DNA of 32,000 bases from Psychrobacter sp. DM4 (GCF_051307035.1 NZ_CP195536.1:1320001-1352000), one strand, 5' to 3'; counted from the first letter of the stretch, positions 9,618 through 18,580 are shown. Made by a program: numbers and translations. The notes: a model not told the origin generated them from the letters alone.

Positions 9618-10146
9618 GAGAGTGGGTGTGGTCGTGACGACTATGGCTGTGACTATGGTCATGAGAGTGAGCCTGTCCGCCATTATCGCCTTTATAGGCA
9701 CCTGTTTCTGGTTCAAACGGCGCTTGGACAGCTTGGGTATGTAGGCCAAGTTGCTGTAGCATCGCCTCTAATACATGGTCAGGTTCAAAGTATAACGCTT
9801 TGGGTGCAATCATCAATGGCACATGACGGTTACCCAAATGATAAGCGCCCTTCATAAGATCAAAGCTATTATCGGCAGTGACTTCGACTAAGGCTTGCTT
9901 GGCCGCCATAACCTGTATCAATGCGCCTTGATTATCTGCCAACACACTGCCATTTTTGATGGTTTCGGTACGGGGCAGATCCACACCAAGAGTTTCTTGC
10001 TGCTGAGTTTGTGCTTTAAATCGGCTGCGCTGGCGGGTATCAAAGTCTAAATATAAAAATTTCCCTGCCTGTTTTTGGCTATTAATCACAGTGTTTTGTT
10101 CAGCACTGATATCTGATGTCTCGAGACGATGAGTATAAATTTGCAT
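9610..10146 (-). CDS. ureE: Urease metallochaperone UreE with a His-rich C-terminal tail
   Basis: 178 aa. It has a UreE-like core (GNRHVPL). The C-terminus is GGQAHSHDHSHSHSRHDHTHSHD, a nickel-binding His tail. Confidence 0.85.
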   Translation of the reverse strand: MQIYTHRLETSDISAEQNTVINSQKQAGKFLYLDFDTRQRSRFKAQTQQQETLGVDLPRTETIKNGSVLADNQGALIQVMAAKQALVEVTADNSFDLMKGAYHLGNRHVPLMIAPKALYFEPDHVLEAMLQQLGLHTQAVQAPFEPETGAYKGDNGGQAHSHDHSHSHSRHDHTHSHD

Positions 10147-10255
10147 AAGGTAAGTCTATAGTCAGTTAAAAAATAATTTGGATGGGTATCTGCTTTGGCA
10201 TTATTGTGCCTTGATTAAAAGCCACTACAATCAAAGCTGTGACACTAGGACGCTA

Positions 10256-12385
10256 CTAGAATAAAAAGTAACGCTGCGCCATTGGCAGATGCTCGGCAGG
10301 CTCGCAGGTCAGTAGTTTGCCATCGGCATAGACTTCATAGGTCTCAGGATTGACCTTCATATCAGGACAGTAGCTATTAAATTTCATGTCTTGCTTGCGT
10401 ATCTCACGAATATTATGTACGGATTTGATAACTTTTTCTAACCCTAATTGTCTATCCACGCCTCTGTCGATAGCCGCACTTGACATAAAGGTGATACAAG
10501 TTTGTGCCACAGTTTTGGGGAAGCTGCCAAACATGCTGCGATAGTGGACAGGCTGCGGAGTAGAGATGGAGGCGTTTGGGTCGCCCATAGGCGCAGCAGC
10601 TATCAAGCCGCCTTTGAGAATGCGATCAGGTTTTACCCCAAAAAATGCGGGTGACCACAAAACCAAATCCGCCCATTTACCGACTTCAACAGAACCTACC
10701 TCATCGCTGATACCATGAGTAATCGCAGGATTGATAGTGTATTTTGCGATATAGCGTTTGATGCGAAAATTATCGTTACCGCTATCAGCATCAACATCGC
10801 TTAAGGTAATCCTTTTTGAGGATTGCTCAGCTTTAGCGGACTTGTCAGGTGCTAGATGACCGCGCTGAGCTTTCATCTTATCAGCGGTTTGCCACGTACG
10901 AATAATGACTTCTCCCACGCGTCCCATCGCTTGTGAATCACTACTCATCATAGCGATAGCGCCCATATCCTGTAAAATATCTTCAGCGGCAATGGTTTCT
11001 TTACGAATACGGCTCTCTGCAAAAGCGACATCTTCAGCGATAGAGGGACTCAAATGATGACAGACCATGAGCATATCTAGATGCTCATCAATAGTATTAA
11101 TAGTAAATGGGCGCGTCGGATTAGTGGACGAGGGTAGCACATTGGTCTCCCCAATAGCTTTTAGGATATCTGGCGCATGACCACCGCCTGCGCCTTCGGT
11201 ATGAAAAGTGTGAATACAGCGGTCTTTAAACGCGCCTAAAGTACTATCCAAATAGCCGCTCTCATTGAGTGTATCGGTATGAATCGCCACTTGTACATCA
11301 TATTCTTCAGCCACGCTAAGACAGTTATCAATGGCTTTGGGCGTAGAGCCCCAGTCTTCATGGAGCTTAAGACCGATGGCGCCTGCTTCAATTTGCTCGA
11401 CAATAGGCTTAGGTAAGCTCACATTGCCTTTGCCCAATATTCCGATATTCATCGGAATAGAGTCAGTAGCTTTTAGCATGCTGTGAATGTGGTAAGCGCC
11501 AGGCGTACAAGTTGTCGCAAGCGTACCTTCAGCAGGCCCCGTGCCACCGCCTAACATCGTGGTGAGACCAGACATCAATGCCGTTTCACATTGCTGGGGT
11601 GCAATAAAATGAATATGACTATCGATACCCCCAGCAGTCAAAATCTTGCCTTCTCCTGCGATAATCTCTGTCGCTGCGCCAATAGGTAGCGTCACATTAG
11701 GCTGAATATCAGGATTACCGGCTTTACCGATGCCACTAATGCGCCCCTCTTTGATAGCAACATCAGCTTTATAAATACCCGTATAATCGACGATTAAGGC
11801 ATTGGTAATAATGGTATCAGCAACTTGACTACCCAGTAGTTGCGATTGACCCATACCATCGCGGATCACCTTACCACCGCCAAACTTGACCTCTTCACCA
11901 ACACTGACCTTGTGAGTATTAGAACGATGATCTATGAAGCTGGTCAAATCATACTCAACTTCAAGCCATAAATGAGTATCAGCCAGACGTACTTTATCCC
12001 CTGTAGTAGGGCCAAAATGCTCTGCGTGAATACGTCTGTCGATAGACTTTTGCGAAGTAGCAGTCGTGTTTTTGACCTCAGCTGGCCCCATGACTTTCCC
12101 CGCAAAACCATAGATATGCTGACGACCTGCGATAGCAACCAGCTCAACTTCCCGTGTTTGTCCTGGCTCAAAGCGTACTGCCGTACCAGAGATGATGTTC
12201 AAACGATAGCCGAGCGTCAACTCTCGATCAAAGCTTAGTGCTGAATTGACTTCATAAAAGTGATAGTGAGAACCGATTTGAATAGGGCGGTCGCCGGTAT
12301 TGATGACTGCTATGGTTTGAACGCAGCGCTCAGCGTTTAAGGCCATATTGCCTGCTTTTATTTTATATTCACCTGCTTTTATCAT
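10256..12385 (-). CDS. ureC: Urease beta subunit fused in frame to urease alpha (catalytic) subunit, UreB-UreC
   Basis: Single 709 aa ORF. Residues 1 to about 105 are UreB-like ([12 protein letters not shown]...[13 protein letters not shown]...GFAGKVMGP). After the linker [11 protein letters not shown] comes UreC ([14 protein letters not shown]..., [51 protein letters not shown]). There is no stop or start codon at the junction (about 12040-12090). Confidence 0.9.
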   Translation of the reverse strand: MIKAGEYKIKAGNMALNAERCVQTIAVINTGDRPIQIGSHYHFYEVNSALSFDRELTLGYRLNIISGTAVRFEPGQTREVELVAIAGRQHIYGFAGKVMGPAEVKNTTATSQKSIDRRIHAEHFGPTTGDKVRLADTHLWLEVEYDLTSFIDHRSNTHKVSVGEEVKFGGGKVIRDGMGQSQLLGSQVADTIITNALIVDYTGIYKADVAIKEGRISGIGKAGNPDIQPNVTLPIGAATEIIAGEGKILTAGGIDSHIHFIAPQQCETALMSGLTTMLGGGTGPAEGTLATTCTPGAYHIHSMLKATDSIPMNIGILGKGNVSLPKPIVEQIEAGAIGLKLHEDWGSTPKAIDNCLSVAEEYDVQVAIHTDTLNESGYLDSTLGAFKDRCIHTFHTEGAGGGHAPDILKAIGETNVLPSSTNPTRPFTINTIDEHLDMLMVCHHLSPSIAEDVAFAESRIRKETIAAEDILQDMGAIAMMSSDSQAMGRVGEVIIRTWQTADKMKAQRGHLAPDKSAKAEQSSKRITLSDVDADSGNDNFRIKRYIAKYTINPAITHGISDEVGSVEVGKWADLVLWSPAFFGVKPDRILKGGLIAAAPMGDPNASISTPQPVHYRSMFGSFPKTVAQTCITFMSSAAIDRGVDRQLGLEKVIKSVHNIREIRKQDMKFNSYCPDMKVNPETYEVYADGKLLTCEPAEHLPMAQRYFLF

Positions 12386-12435
12386 GATATCAATTATCCT
12401 TAATTATCTTTGCAACGGCTGTACTGCGAATCAAG

Positions 12436-12738
12436 CTATACGATGGGGTTATGTACTGTTACTAGCTTGGTGCCATCAGGAAAAGTGGCTTCCACTTGCA
12501 CATCATGTATCATCTCTGCGATACCGTCCATAACATCTTTGGCACAGAGGTAGGTCGCTCCTTCACTCATCAGTTGTGCCACTGTTTTGCCGTCGCGAGC
12601 GCCTTCCATTAGTAACATGCTGATGTAAGCAATAGACTCAGGATAATTGAGCTTGACGCCGCGATTTTTACGACGCTCCGCCACCATACCTGCTGTAAAT
12701 AGCAAGAGTTTATCTTTTTCTGTGGGATTTAATTGCAT
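12436..12738 (-). CDS. ureA: Urease gamma subunit UreA
   Basis: 100 aa. [34 protein letters not shown]...[15 protein letters not shown] is canonical UreA. Confidence 0.95.
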   Translation of the reverse strand: MQLNPTEKDKLLLFTAGMVAERRKNRGVKLNYPESIAYISMLLMEGARDGKTVAQLMSEGATYLCAKDVMDGIAEMIHDVQVEATFPDGTKLVTVHNPIV

Positions 12739-12842
12739 GGATACTCCTTGGTTATTAACATTCTTTATAAATTATTGAGCGTTTTTAATAGTTATAAAAA
12801 ATATGCTAAATAGTGTCATTGTGCTTTAGTGGCGCATTGCTT

Positions 12843-12873
12843 GAGATGCATAGAGATGCATAGAGATGCATAG
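12843..12873. repeat. 10-bp tandem repeat x3 (GAGATGCATA), each unit carrying an ATGCAT palindrome
   Basis: Read directly: GAGATGCATA at 12843, 12853 and 12863, plus a trailing G. It lies 10 nt downstream of the ureD stop, in the 144-bp ureD-ureA spacer. Confidence 0.95.
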
Positions 12874-12882
12874 TAGGTGATA

Positions 12883-13803
12883 TTAGGTATCCCAGATTCT
12901 CGGTCGATGAGGTTCAAGCGCGTACCATTTAGACCTAATAAGCTCGCGAACGTGATAAAAAGCCTCAAAGCAGGCACGCACATCTGACCCCAAATAGCGG
13001 CAGTTAATCCCTTGAAAATTGTGAGTACAGTATATAGGTAGCGACTGCTGATCGATAAGGAGACGTACCTCGGCAATAATAGTATCTAAATACTGACCAA
13101 GCTTGAGCGGATTATCTTGTAGCTCTGGTGCAATCACCTCTGTACTGGGTATTGCCCAAAAAGAGCCGTGCACATGATGATGGTTCAACCCAAGTGGTGA
13201 GGTAAACCAGCGCGTATTTGCTTGTTGGGAGGTGTACTCACTGACCAATAAGTTATCATCACGCCATATCTCTAAGCGGTTGGCATAATGACCATGAGCA
13301 AAAGTCTCATGATACGCTTGACGCCCGAACACAGCAATATCCCAAGTTAACAAACTGGCGCTCTTAGCTAAATAAAAGCGATTATTGGCGCAAGAGACAG
13401 AGTGATCGTAATAGATGCTTTCTTGAGGGAGCCATTCAAGAATAGCATGGTCAGCAAGGCGCGCGTCGATATGCTGTTCTGAGCTAATAATTTTTGAGGA
13501 TTTAGAAGATTCAGAGTGCCGTAGAGACTTTCTTTGACCATACCATTTGCCCGCTCCAGGAGTCGTGATTACAGCGTGACTATTAGGCTTGAGAGTAAAG
13601 TCTAAGGTTAAGCGGTCCTCATCGGCAATACCAGCGGGCGGGTACAACACGTAAATATGGCAAATCCCCTCTTGGCAATCAGGCTCAGGATATAGCGCAC
13701 GCTGTACTACTAAAGCACCCGTATGAGCACGATGAGACAGTCGAGTTTTAGTGCTGTCAGCGACGTGGTCAAAACTGAGCTGTAATGAGGATTGCCAAGT
13801 CAA
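12883..13803 (-). CDS. ureD: Urease accessory protein UreD (UreH)
   Basis: 306 aa. The N-terminus fits the UreD pattern (W.S.L.L.F...T.L..R.H.G.L.VQRALYPE). The start is TTG at 13803, with AAGGGA about 9 nt upstream. It lies 29 bp after urtE. Confidence 0.8.
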   Translation of the reverse strand: MTWQSSLQLSFDHVADSTKTRLSHRAHTGALVVQRALYPEPDCQEGICHIYVLYPPAGIADEDRLTLDFTLKPNSHAVITTPGAGKWYGQRKSLRHSESSKSSKIISSEQHIDARLADHAILEWLPQESIYYDHSVSCANNRFYLAKSASLLTWDIAVFGRQAYHETFAHGHYANRLEIWRDDNLLVSEYTSQQANTRWFTSPLGLNHHHVHGSFWAIPSTEVIAPELQDNPLKLGQYLDTIIAEVRLLIDQQSLPIYCTHNFQGINCRYLGSDVRACFEAFYHVRELIRSKWYALEPHRPRIWDT

Positions 13804-13832
13804 AATTGTGTTCCCTTTTAAAAAGTGTCTCT

Positions 13833-14531
13833 TTAAATTGCGACCAATTCTTGAATATTATTCTCAGCCATGACGTGACCTGACCCTTGCGCAACGACTT
13901 GTCCGCGAGAGAGTACCGTATAGTTATCAGCAAGCTCTTCTGCAAACTCATAAAACTGCTCAACCAAAACGATTGCCATATCGCCTTTATTGGCAAGACT
14001 ACGAATGACTCTACCGATGTCTTTGATGATGGATGGCTGAATACCCTCAGTAGGCTCATCCAAGATCAGTACTGACGGCTCAGAAGCTAGTGCTCTTGCA
14101 ATAGCGAGCTGCTGCTGCTGTCCGCCAGACAAATCGCCACCGCGGCGATGCTTCATCTCATCTAACACTGGAAATATATCGTATAAGTATTTGGGTACTT
14201 TACTTGCCTTACCTTGAGAAAACTTTGCCATGCCAATGAGAATGTTTTCTTCAACACTTAGAGTAGAGAAAATATCGCGTCCTTGCGGTACATAAGCGAG
14301 TCCTGCGCGTACGCGTAGCTCAGGCGTCATCTGGCTAATATCTTTACCGTCTAATAAAATCTCCCCTGATTTGATGGGAAGGATACCCATCAAGCATTTG
14401 AGCAAAGTCGTTTTACCGACGCCATTACGGCCCAGTACGACGCTACATTCGCCTACAGGCGCAGTAAGAGTGACGTCGCGTAAGATGTGACTGCCGCCGT
14501 AGTATTGATTTATAGCATTAACTTCTAACAT
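13833..14531 (-). CDS. urtE: Urea ABC transporter ATP-binding protein UrtE
   Basis: 232 aa. Walker A is GRNGVGKTT, the signature is LSGGQQQQL, and Walker B is ILILDEP. Its position after urtD supports the call. Confidence 0.9.
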   Translation of the reverse strand: MLEVNAINQYYGGSHILRDVTLTAPVGECSVVLGRNGVGKTTLLKCLMGILPIKSGEILLDGKDISQMTPELRVRAGLAYVPQGRDIFSTLSVEENILIGMAKFSQGKASKVPKYLYDIFPVLDEMKHRRGGDLSGGQQQQLAIARALASEPSVLILDEPTEGIQPSIIKDIGRVIRSLANKGDMAIVLVEQFYEFAEELADNYTVLSRGQVVAQGSGHVMAENNIQELVAI

Positions 14532-14585
14532 ATAAGCCCCTTTATGTTTTAGGTTCAGTTTTAAGCGCTACTATGTGTTGTCGAA

Positions 14586-14676
14586 CTGAGTTTATTATCG
14601 ACCCAAGTTTATTATCGACTCAAGTTTATTATCGACTTAAGTTTATTATCAAACTGAGTTTATTATCGACCCAAGT
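14586..14676. repeat. 17-bp tandem repeat, about 5.3 copies (YYRAGTTTATTATCGAC)
   Basis: Units are at 14586, 14603, 14620, 14637 (degenerate ...TCAAA) and 14654, plus a partial CCAAGT. The last full unit contains the urtD stop codon (14663-14665) and its final codons. Confidence 0.95.
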
Positions 14677-15586
14677 AGGTCTCAATTACGGCCTCATCGT
14701 TTTGTACTTCAGCCAAGGTGCCTTCGGCCAAAATAGCACCATTTGCTAAAACCGTCACTTTCTCACTAATAGCATCAATAAAGCTCATGTCATGCTCGAC
14801 CACCACTAAGGTATGATTCTCTTTAAGACGTAGACACAGCTCAGCGGTATGTTCCGTTTCGGCATCGGTCATGCCTGCCACAGGCTCATCAAGCAAGATT
14901 AGCTTTGGGCGCTGCATGAGTAACATACCGATCTCTAGCCACTGCTTTTGACCATGAGACAATAATCCTGCCGGCTTACTTATCATGTCTTTTAAGCGAA
15001 TTTGCTGTAGCGTTGAGTCAAGTGTATCTTGAGTTTGCACATCAATCTTGGTAAACCAGCTTTTTGATACCCGCTTATCTTTGGGCGCGGCCAGCATTAA
15101 ATTATCGAGTACAGTAAAGTTTTCAAATACCGTTGGTTTTTGGAATTTACGACCAATGCCAGCCTCAGCGATTTCTTCAGTAGATAGCTTAGCTAGATTA
15201 TGAGTTTGACCAAAAAATGCACTTCCTTCGGTGGGACGCGTTTTGCCTGTGACTACATCCATCAAAGTTGTTTTGCCTGCGCCATTAGGGCCGATGATAC
15301 AGCGTAGCTCACCCTCTTCAATGTATAACGATAAGTCGTTAAGTGCCCGAAATGAGTCAAACCAGACGCTTACATCTTCCAAATACAGTGCGATACCATG
15401 CCTCAGATCTGGACCTGATTTAGGGGTAGGGCGTGCTAAACCAGCACTGTCGCCATAATCTTCGGCCAAAGTAGTGCTGGGATGAGCAGACCTGTTTTCT
15501 GTCGCCGTTATACGATCAGTCGCTTTATTATTCTCTGTTGGAGTACGCATACTATAATCAGTCTTATTGGATATTTTTGACATCAT
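14663..15586 (-). CDS. urtD: Urea ABC transporter ATP-binding protein UrtD, with an N-terminal extension of about 60 aa
   Basis: 307 aa. Walker A is GPNGAGKTT, the signature is LSHGQKQWL, and Walker B is LILLDEP. The start ATGATG overlaps the urtC TGA stop, which suggests translational coupling. Confidence 0.9.
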   Translation of the reverse strand: MMSKISNKTDYSMRTPTENNKATDRITATENRSAHPSTTLAEDYGDSAGLARPTPKSGPDLRHGIALYLEDVSVWFDSFRALNDLSLYIEEGELRCIIGPNGAGKTTLMDVVTGKTRPTEGSAFFGQTHNLAKLSTEEIAEAGIGRKFQKPTVFENFTVLDNLMLAAPKDKRVSKSWFTKIDVQTQDTLDSTLQQIRLKDMISKPAGLLSHGQKQWLEIGMLLMQRPKLILLDEPVAGMTDAETEHTAELCLRLKENHTLVVVEHDMSFIDAISEKVTVLANGAILAEGTLAEVQNDEAVIETYLGR

Positions 15587-16674
15587 TCTTTTTCCTTCTT
15601 AAAACGATCGAGGACACCAATGATACCGTTGGGTAGAAATATAGTAACGACTACGAATAATCCCCCTAAAATAAGTAACCAAAACTCAGGGTAGGCCACG
15701 GTAAAGTAAGTCTTGATCGCATTGACTGCGCCAGCGCCTACAATAGCACCAATAAGGGATCCTCTACCTCCAGCAGCTACCCATACGGCCATCTCGATAG
15801 AGTTGACGGGGTTCATCTCGCCTGGATTAATGATGCCAACTTGCGGTACATATAGAGCACCTGCGATACCAGCAATGACGGCGGACAATACCCAAGCGGA
15901 TAGCTTGTACCAAAGCGTGCGATAGCCCAGATACTGCAAACGGTTCTCACTATCACGAATAGCACCAAGTACTCGCCCATAAGGCTGATTCATCAAGTAG
16001 CGTAGCCCTAGATAGGATAACAGCAGAGCGAGAGCTGTGGTAAAACACAACATCGCTCGGGTTGATGAGGCGGTGATGTCATAGCCTAATAGCGTGGTAA
16101 AACCTGTGAAGCCATTGTTGCCACCAAAGCCTGTTTCGTTACGGAAAAACAGTAAGGCTGCGGCGTAGGTCATGGCTTGAGTGATAATCGAAAAATAAAC
16201 CCCTTTGATCTTTGAGCGAAAAGCAAAATAGCCAAAGATAAAAGCGACCAGACCTGGGACGAGCACCACCAAGGCCATTGCCCACCAAAAGTGCTGCGTT
16301 CCCGCCCAATACCACGGCATCTCAGTCCAGCTCAAAAAACGCATAAAGTCTGGTATAGCATCGCCTGCTGTTTCGCGCGTTAAGTACATACCAAAGGCAT
16401 AACCGCCCAAGGCAAAGTAAAGGCCATGACCTAAGCTTAAGATACCAGCGTAACCCCAGACGAGATCTAGTGCTAGTGCCACCATTGCTAAAGCCATGAT
16501 TTTGCCAATGAGCGTTATCCAGTAAGCTGACAGATGAAAACTTGAGCTCTCAGGCATCAAGTGTAGCCAAGGTAAAATCAGTAGTACCAAAAAGCATAAA
16601 CCAATTAAAATAGAGTTACGCGGGGAATCAGATAACAGTTGAGTCAAACGCATAAGGTTCTCCTTAATCCACAA
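15583..16674 (-). CDS. urtC: Urea ABC transporter permease UrtC
   Basis: 363 aa polytopic protein of the LivM-like branched-chain-type permease family. It overlaps urtB by 11 nt. Confidence 0.85.
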   Translation of the reverse strand: MWIKENLMRLTQLLSDSPRNSILIGLCFLVLLILPWLHLMPESSSFHLSAYWITLIGKIMALAMVALALDLVWGYAGILSLGHGLYFALGGYAFGMYLTRETAGDAIPDFMRFLSWTEMPWYWAGTQHFWWAMALVVLVPGLVAFIFGYFAFRSKIKGVYFSIITQAMTYAAALLFFRNETGFGGNNGFTGFTTLLGYDITASSTRAMLCFTTALALLLSYLGLRYLMNQPYGRVLGAIRDSENRLQYLGYRTLWYKLSAWVLSAVIAGIAGALYVPQVGIINPGEMNPVNSIEMAVWVAAGGRGSLIGAIVGAGAVNAIKTYFTVAYPEFWLLILGGLFVVVTIFLPNGIIGVLDRFKKEKE

Positions 16675-18439
16675 AACGGCCTTTTAGGGCAAATAAACCT
16701 TGTGGACGTTTTTGAATAAACAAAATCACAAGAACCAATAACACAATCTTAGCCATCACCGCACCGATGCCAATCTCAAGCACGGTACCACTGACACCAA
16801 GACCTAAGGATGCTAGTACTGCGCCCCATACTTGTCCGACGCCGCCCACGACAACGACCAAAAACGCATCAATAATATAAGTCTGACCCAGATCAGGTCC
16901 GACGTTGCCTACTTGTGCAAGCGCGCAGCCAGCGAGACCGGCAAGACCTGAGCCCAGACCAAAAGCCAGCATATCGATACGCGCAGAGCGAATACCAACA
17001 GCGCGAGCCATTTGCCGATTTTGGGTCACAGCGCGCATAAATAAGCCAAAGCGAGTCTTATTAAGTAAGTACACAAGGAGCATAAGCACCAAGATTGTAA
17101 AGCCGATAATCGCGATGCGGTTATAGGGGAGTACTAGGCTTGAGGACACCTGATAAGCGCCGCTTAGCCAAGCGACATTACTAACTTCAACGTTTTGCGC
17201 ACCAAAGAACATACGCACTAATTGCATAAGAATAAGACTGACACCAAAAGTGGCCAGTAAGGTCTCAAGCTCACGGCCGTAAAGGGGGCGGATAACGATT
17301 CGCTCAATAATCATGCCGATAATGGCACTAACTAAGAAGGCCACGGGTATAGCCGCAACCAGATACCAACCAGCCATTTCAGGAAAATATGCTTGAAACA
17401 GGTTTTGCACCACATAAGTGGCGTAAGCACCGATCATAATCAGCTCGCCATGAGCCATATTGATGACCCCAAGGAGTCCAAAGGTAATCGCAAGTCCAAG
17501 GGCTGCCAATAACAAGATACTAGCCGTACTCATACCCGTAAAAAGATGGCCTATCCAAGTGCTAATGGTAATACGTCGCTCGATACTTGCCTCAGCGTCA
17601 AGCAAGCTAGACTTGAGTACAGGATCGATATCGTCCGCCGTCAATGCTCGTTTGACATCAACCAAGACCTGCGGGCTATCACTATCGGCAAGTAGGTTCA
17701 CAGCGGCTATTTTAGTTGCCAGGTCACCATCTCTGAACTCAATACGCGCCTGTAGATAGGCGAGAGCATCCTTAACTTTACTATTATCCTCTGTAGCCGC
17801 TGCTGCTAAGATGGTAGCGGGGTCTACTTGGTCTATATTTTTTGAGAGAATCTCAACGGCCTGTATACGTTGAGCCGTATCCTCTGACTCAAGCTTAACC
17901 TTGGCTTGGCCAAAGGTTAGCGCCGAGCGTAGCACATTGGTCAAGGTCACTTGTGATAAGTCGCTAGGCCAATCCGCGGTTTCTTGCTGGTTTGGGTAAG
18001 TAAACAGTTGATCGTCGCTATTTAGCAGATACGTCTGTCCGCCGTTGCCTTGGTATAGCTCATCATTACTAATGAGTTCAACTAAGGTATCTAAGCTCTC
18101 AATAGATCCTGGCCAATTATTCAACATCGCTTGGCGTTTGCCGAAGTCTGCGGCAACAAACTGCTCAATGGCATCGCCTTGACTTAAACTAGTGTCCGCT
18201 GGCGTGGTAAGAGATTGCTCATTTTGAGTAAGCAAAGTTTTATCACTTATGGCATTAGATGTTGCTGCCATCGTATTGGTAGACGTAGCGTCATCGTGAC
18301 TGTGTACTACTGACATCTCATGAGCATAAGCAGGCGTTAAGATGGTCATTAAGAGATATAGAAATAAGGAGAGTAGGCCAATGATAAAGGGCTTGCTGGG
18401 ACAGTTGGCTAATAGGTTTTTTTTGGAATAGGAAGACAT
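16664..18439 (-). CDS. urtB: Urea ABC transporter permease UrtB with an extra N-terminal domain of about 290 aa
   Basis: 591 aa. The C-terminal 300 aa or so form a LivH-like permease core (GVINMAHGELIMIGAY...). The N-terminal part has a signal/anchor (FIIGLLSLFLYLLMTILTPAYA) followed by a soluble, helical-repeat-like region. Confidence 0.85.
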   Translation of the reverse strand: MSSYSKKNLLANCPSKPFIIGLLSLFLYLLMTILTPAYAHEMSVVHSHDDATSTNTMAATSNAISDKTLLTQNEQSLTTPADTSLSQGDAIEQFVAADFGKRQAMLNNWPGSIESLDTLVELISNDELYQGNGGQTYLLNSDDQLFTYPNQQETADWPSDLSQVTLTNVLRSALTFGQAKVKLESEDTAQRIQAVEILSKNIDQVDPATILAAAATEDNSKVKDALAYLQARIEFRDGDLATKIAAVNLLADSDSPQVLVDVKRALTADDIDPVLKSSLLDAEASIERRITISTWIGHLFTGMSTASILLLAALGLAITFGLLGVINMAHGELIMIGAYATYVVQNLFQAYFPEMAGWYLVAAIPVAFLVSAIIGMIIERIVIRPLYGRELETLLATFGVSLILMQLVRMFFGAQNVEVSNVAWLSGAYQVSSSLVLPYNRIAIIGFTILVLMLLVYLLNKTRFGLFMRAVTQNRQMARAVGIRSARIDMLAFGLGSGLAGLAGCALAQVGNVGPDLGQTYIIDAFLVVVVGGVGQVWGAVLASLGLGVSGTVLEIGIGAVMAKIVLLVLVILFIQKRPQGLFALKGRFVD

Positions 18440-18474
18440 GGTAATTCCTTTTTTACAGTCAACACTCCTCCAAC

Positions 18475-18507
18475 TCCCTACTGAAAAGTGGTCTTAATCA
18501 GTAGGGA
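18475..18507 (-). other. Intercistronic stem-loop between urtA and urtB (possible mRNA stabiliser or partial attenuator)
   Basis: TCCCTACTGA (18475-18484) pairs perfectly with TCAGTAGGGA (18498-18507), giving a 10-bp stem and a 13-nt loop. There is no U-tract on the minus-strand transcript. Confidence 0.5.
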
Positions 18508-18580
18508 ATTTAAAAGGATTGCTAGTATTGATACTAATAATTGATGCTAACAAGGGACGAATAATTATGTAGTTGCGACC

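Noticed and set aside
9618-9749. The N-terminal 44 codons of the 310-aa track ORF (8817..9749) as part of ureF
   Set aside because: This segment lies entirely inside the ureE coding region in another frame. It encodes a low-information, T/V-rich peptide. UreF homology begins only after the internal ATGs at 9617 and 9566, so I trimmed the gene.
10256-12385. The ureB-ureC fusion as a frameshift or assembly artefact
   Set aside because: Both halves are in the same reading frame, and the linker codons read cleanly. There is no start codon from which alpha could initiate independently. A single-base miscall of a stop codon cannot be excluded without reads, so I keep it as a finding with that caveat.
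12816-13076. The 86-aa ORF overlapping the 3' end of ureD and the 10-bp repeat
   Set aside because: It overlaps ureD out of frame, it has no recognisable family, and it is partly encoded by the repeat array.
14586-14676. The 17-bp array as a CRISPR array
   Set aside because: The units are directly adjacent with no spacers. The unit is too short and there are no cas genes. It is a simple tandem repeat.
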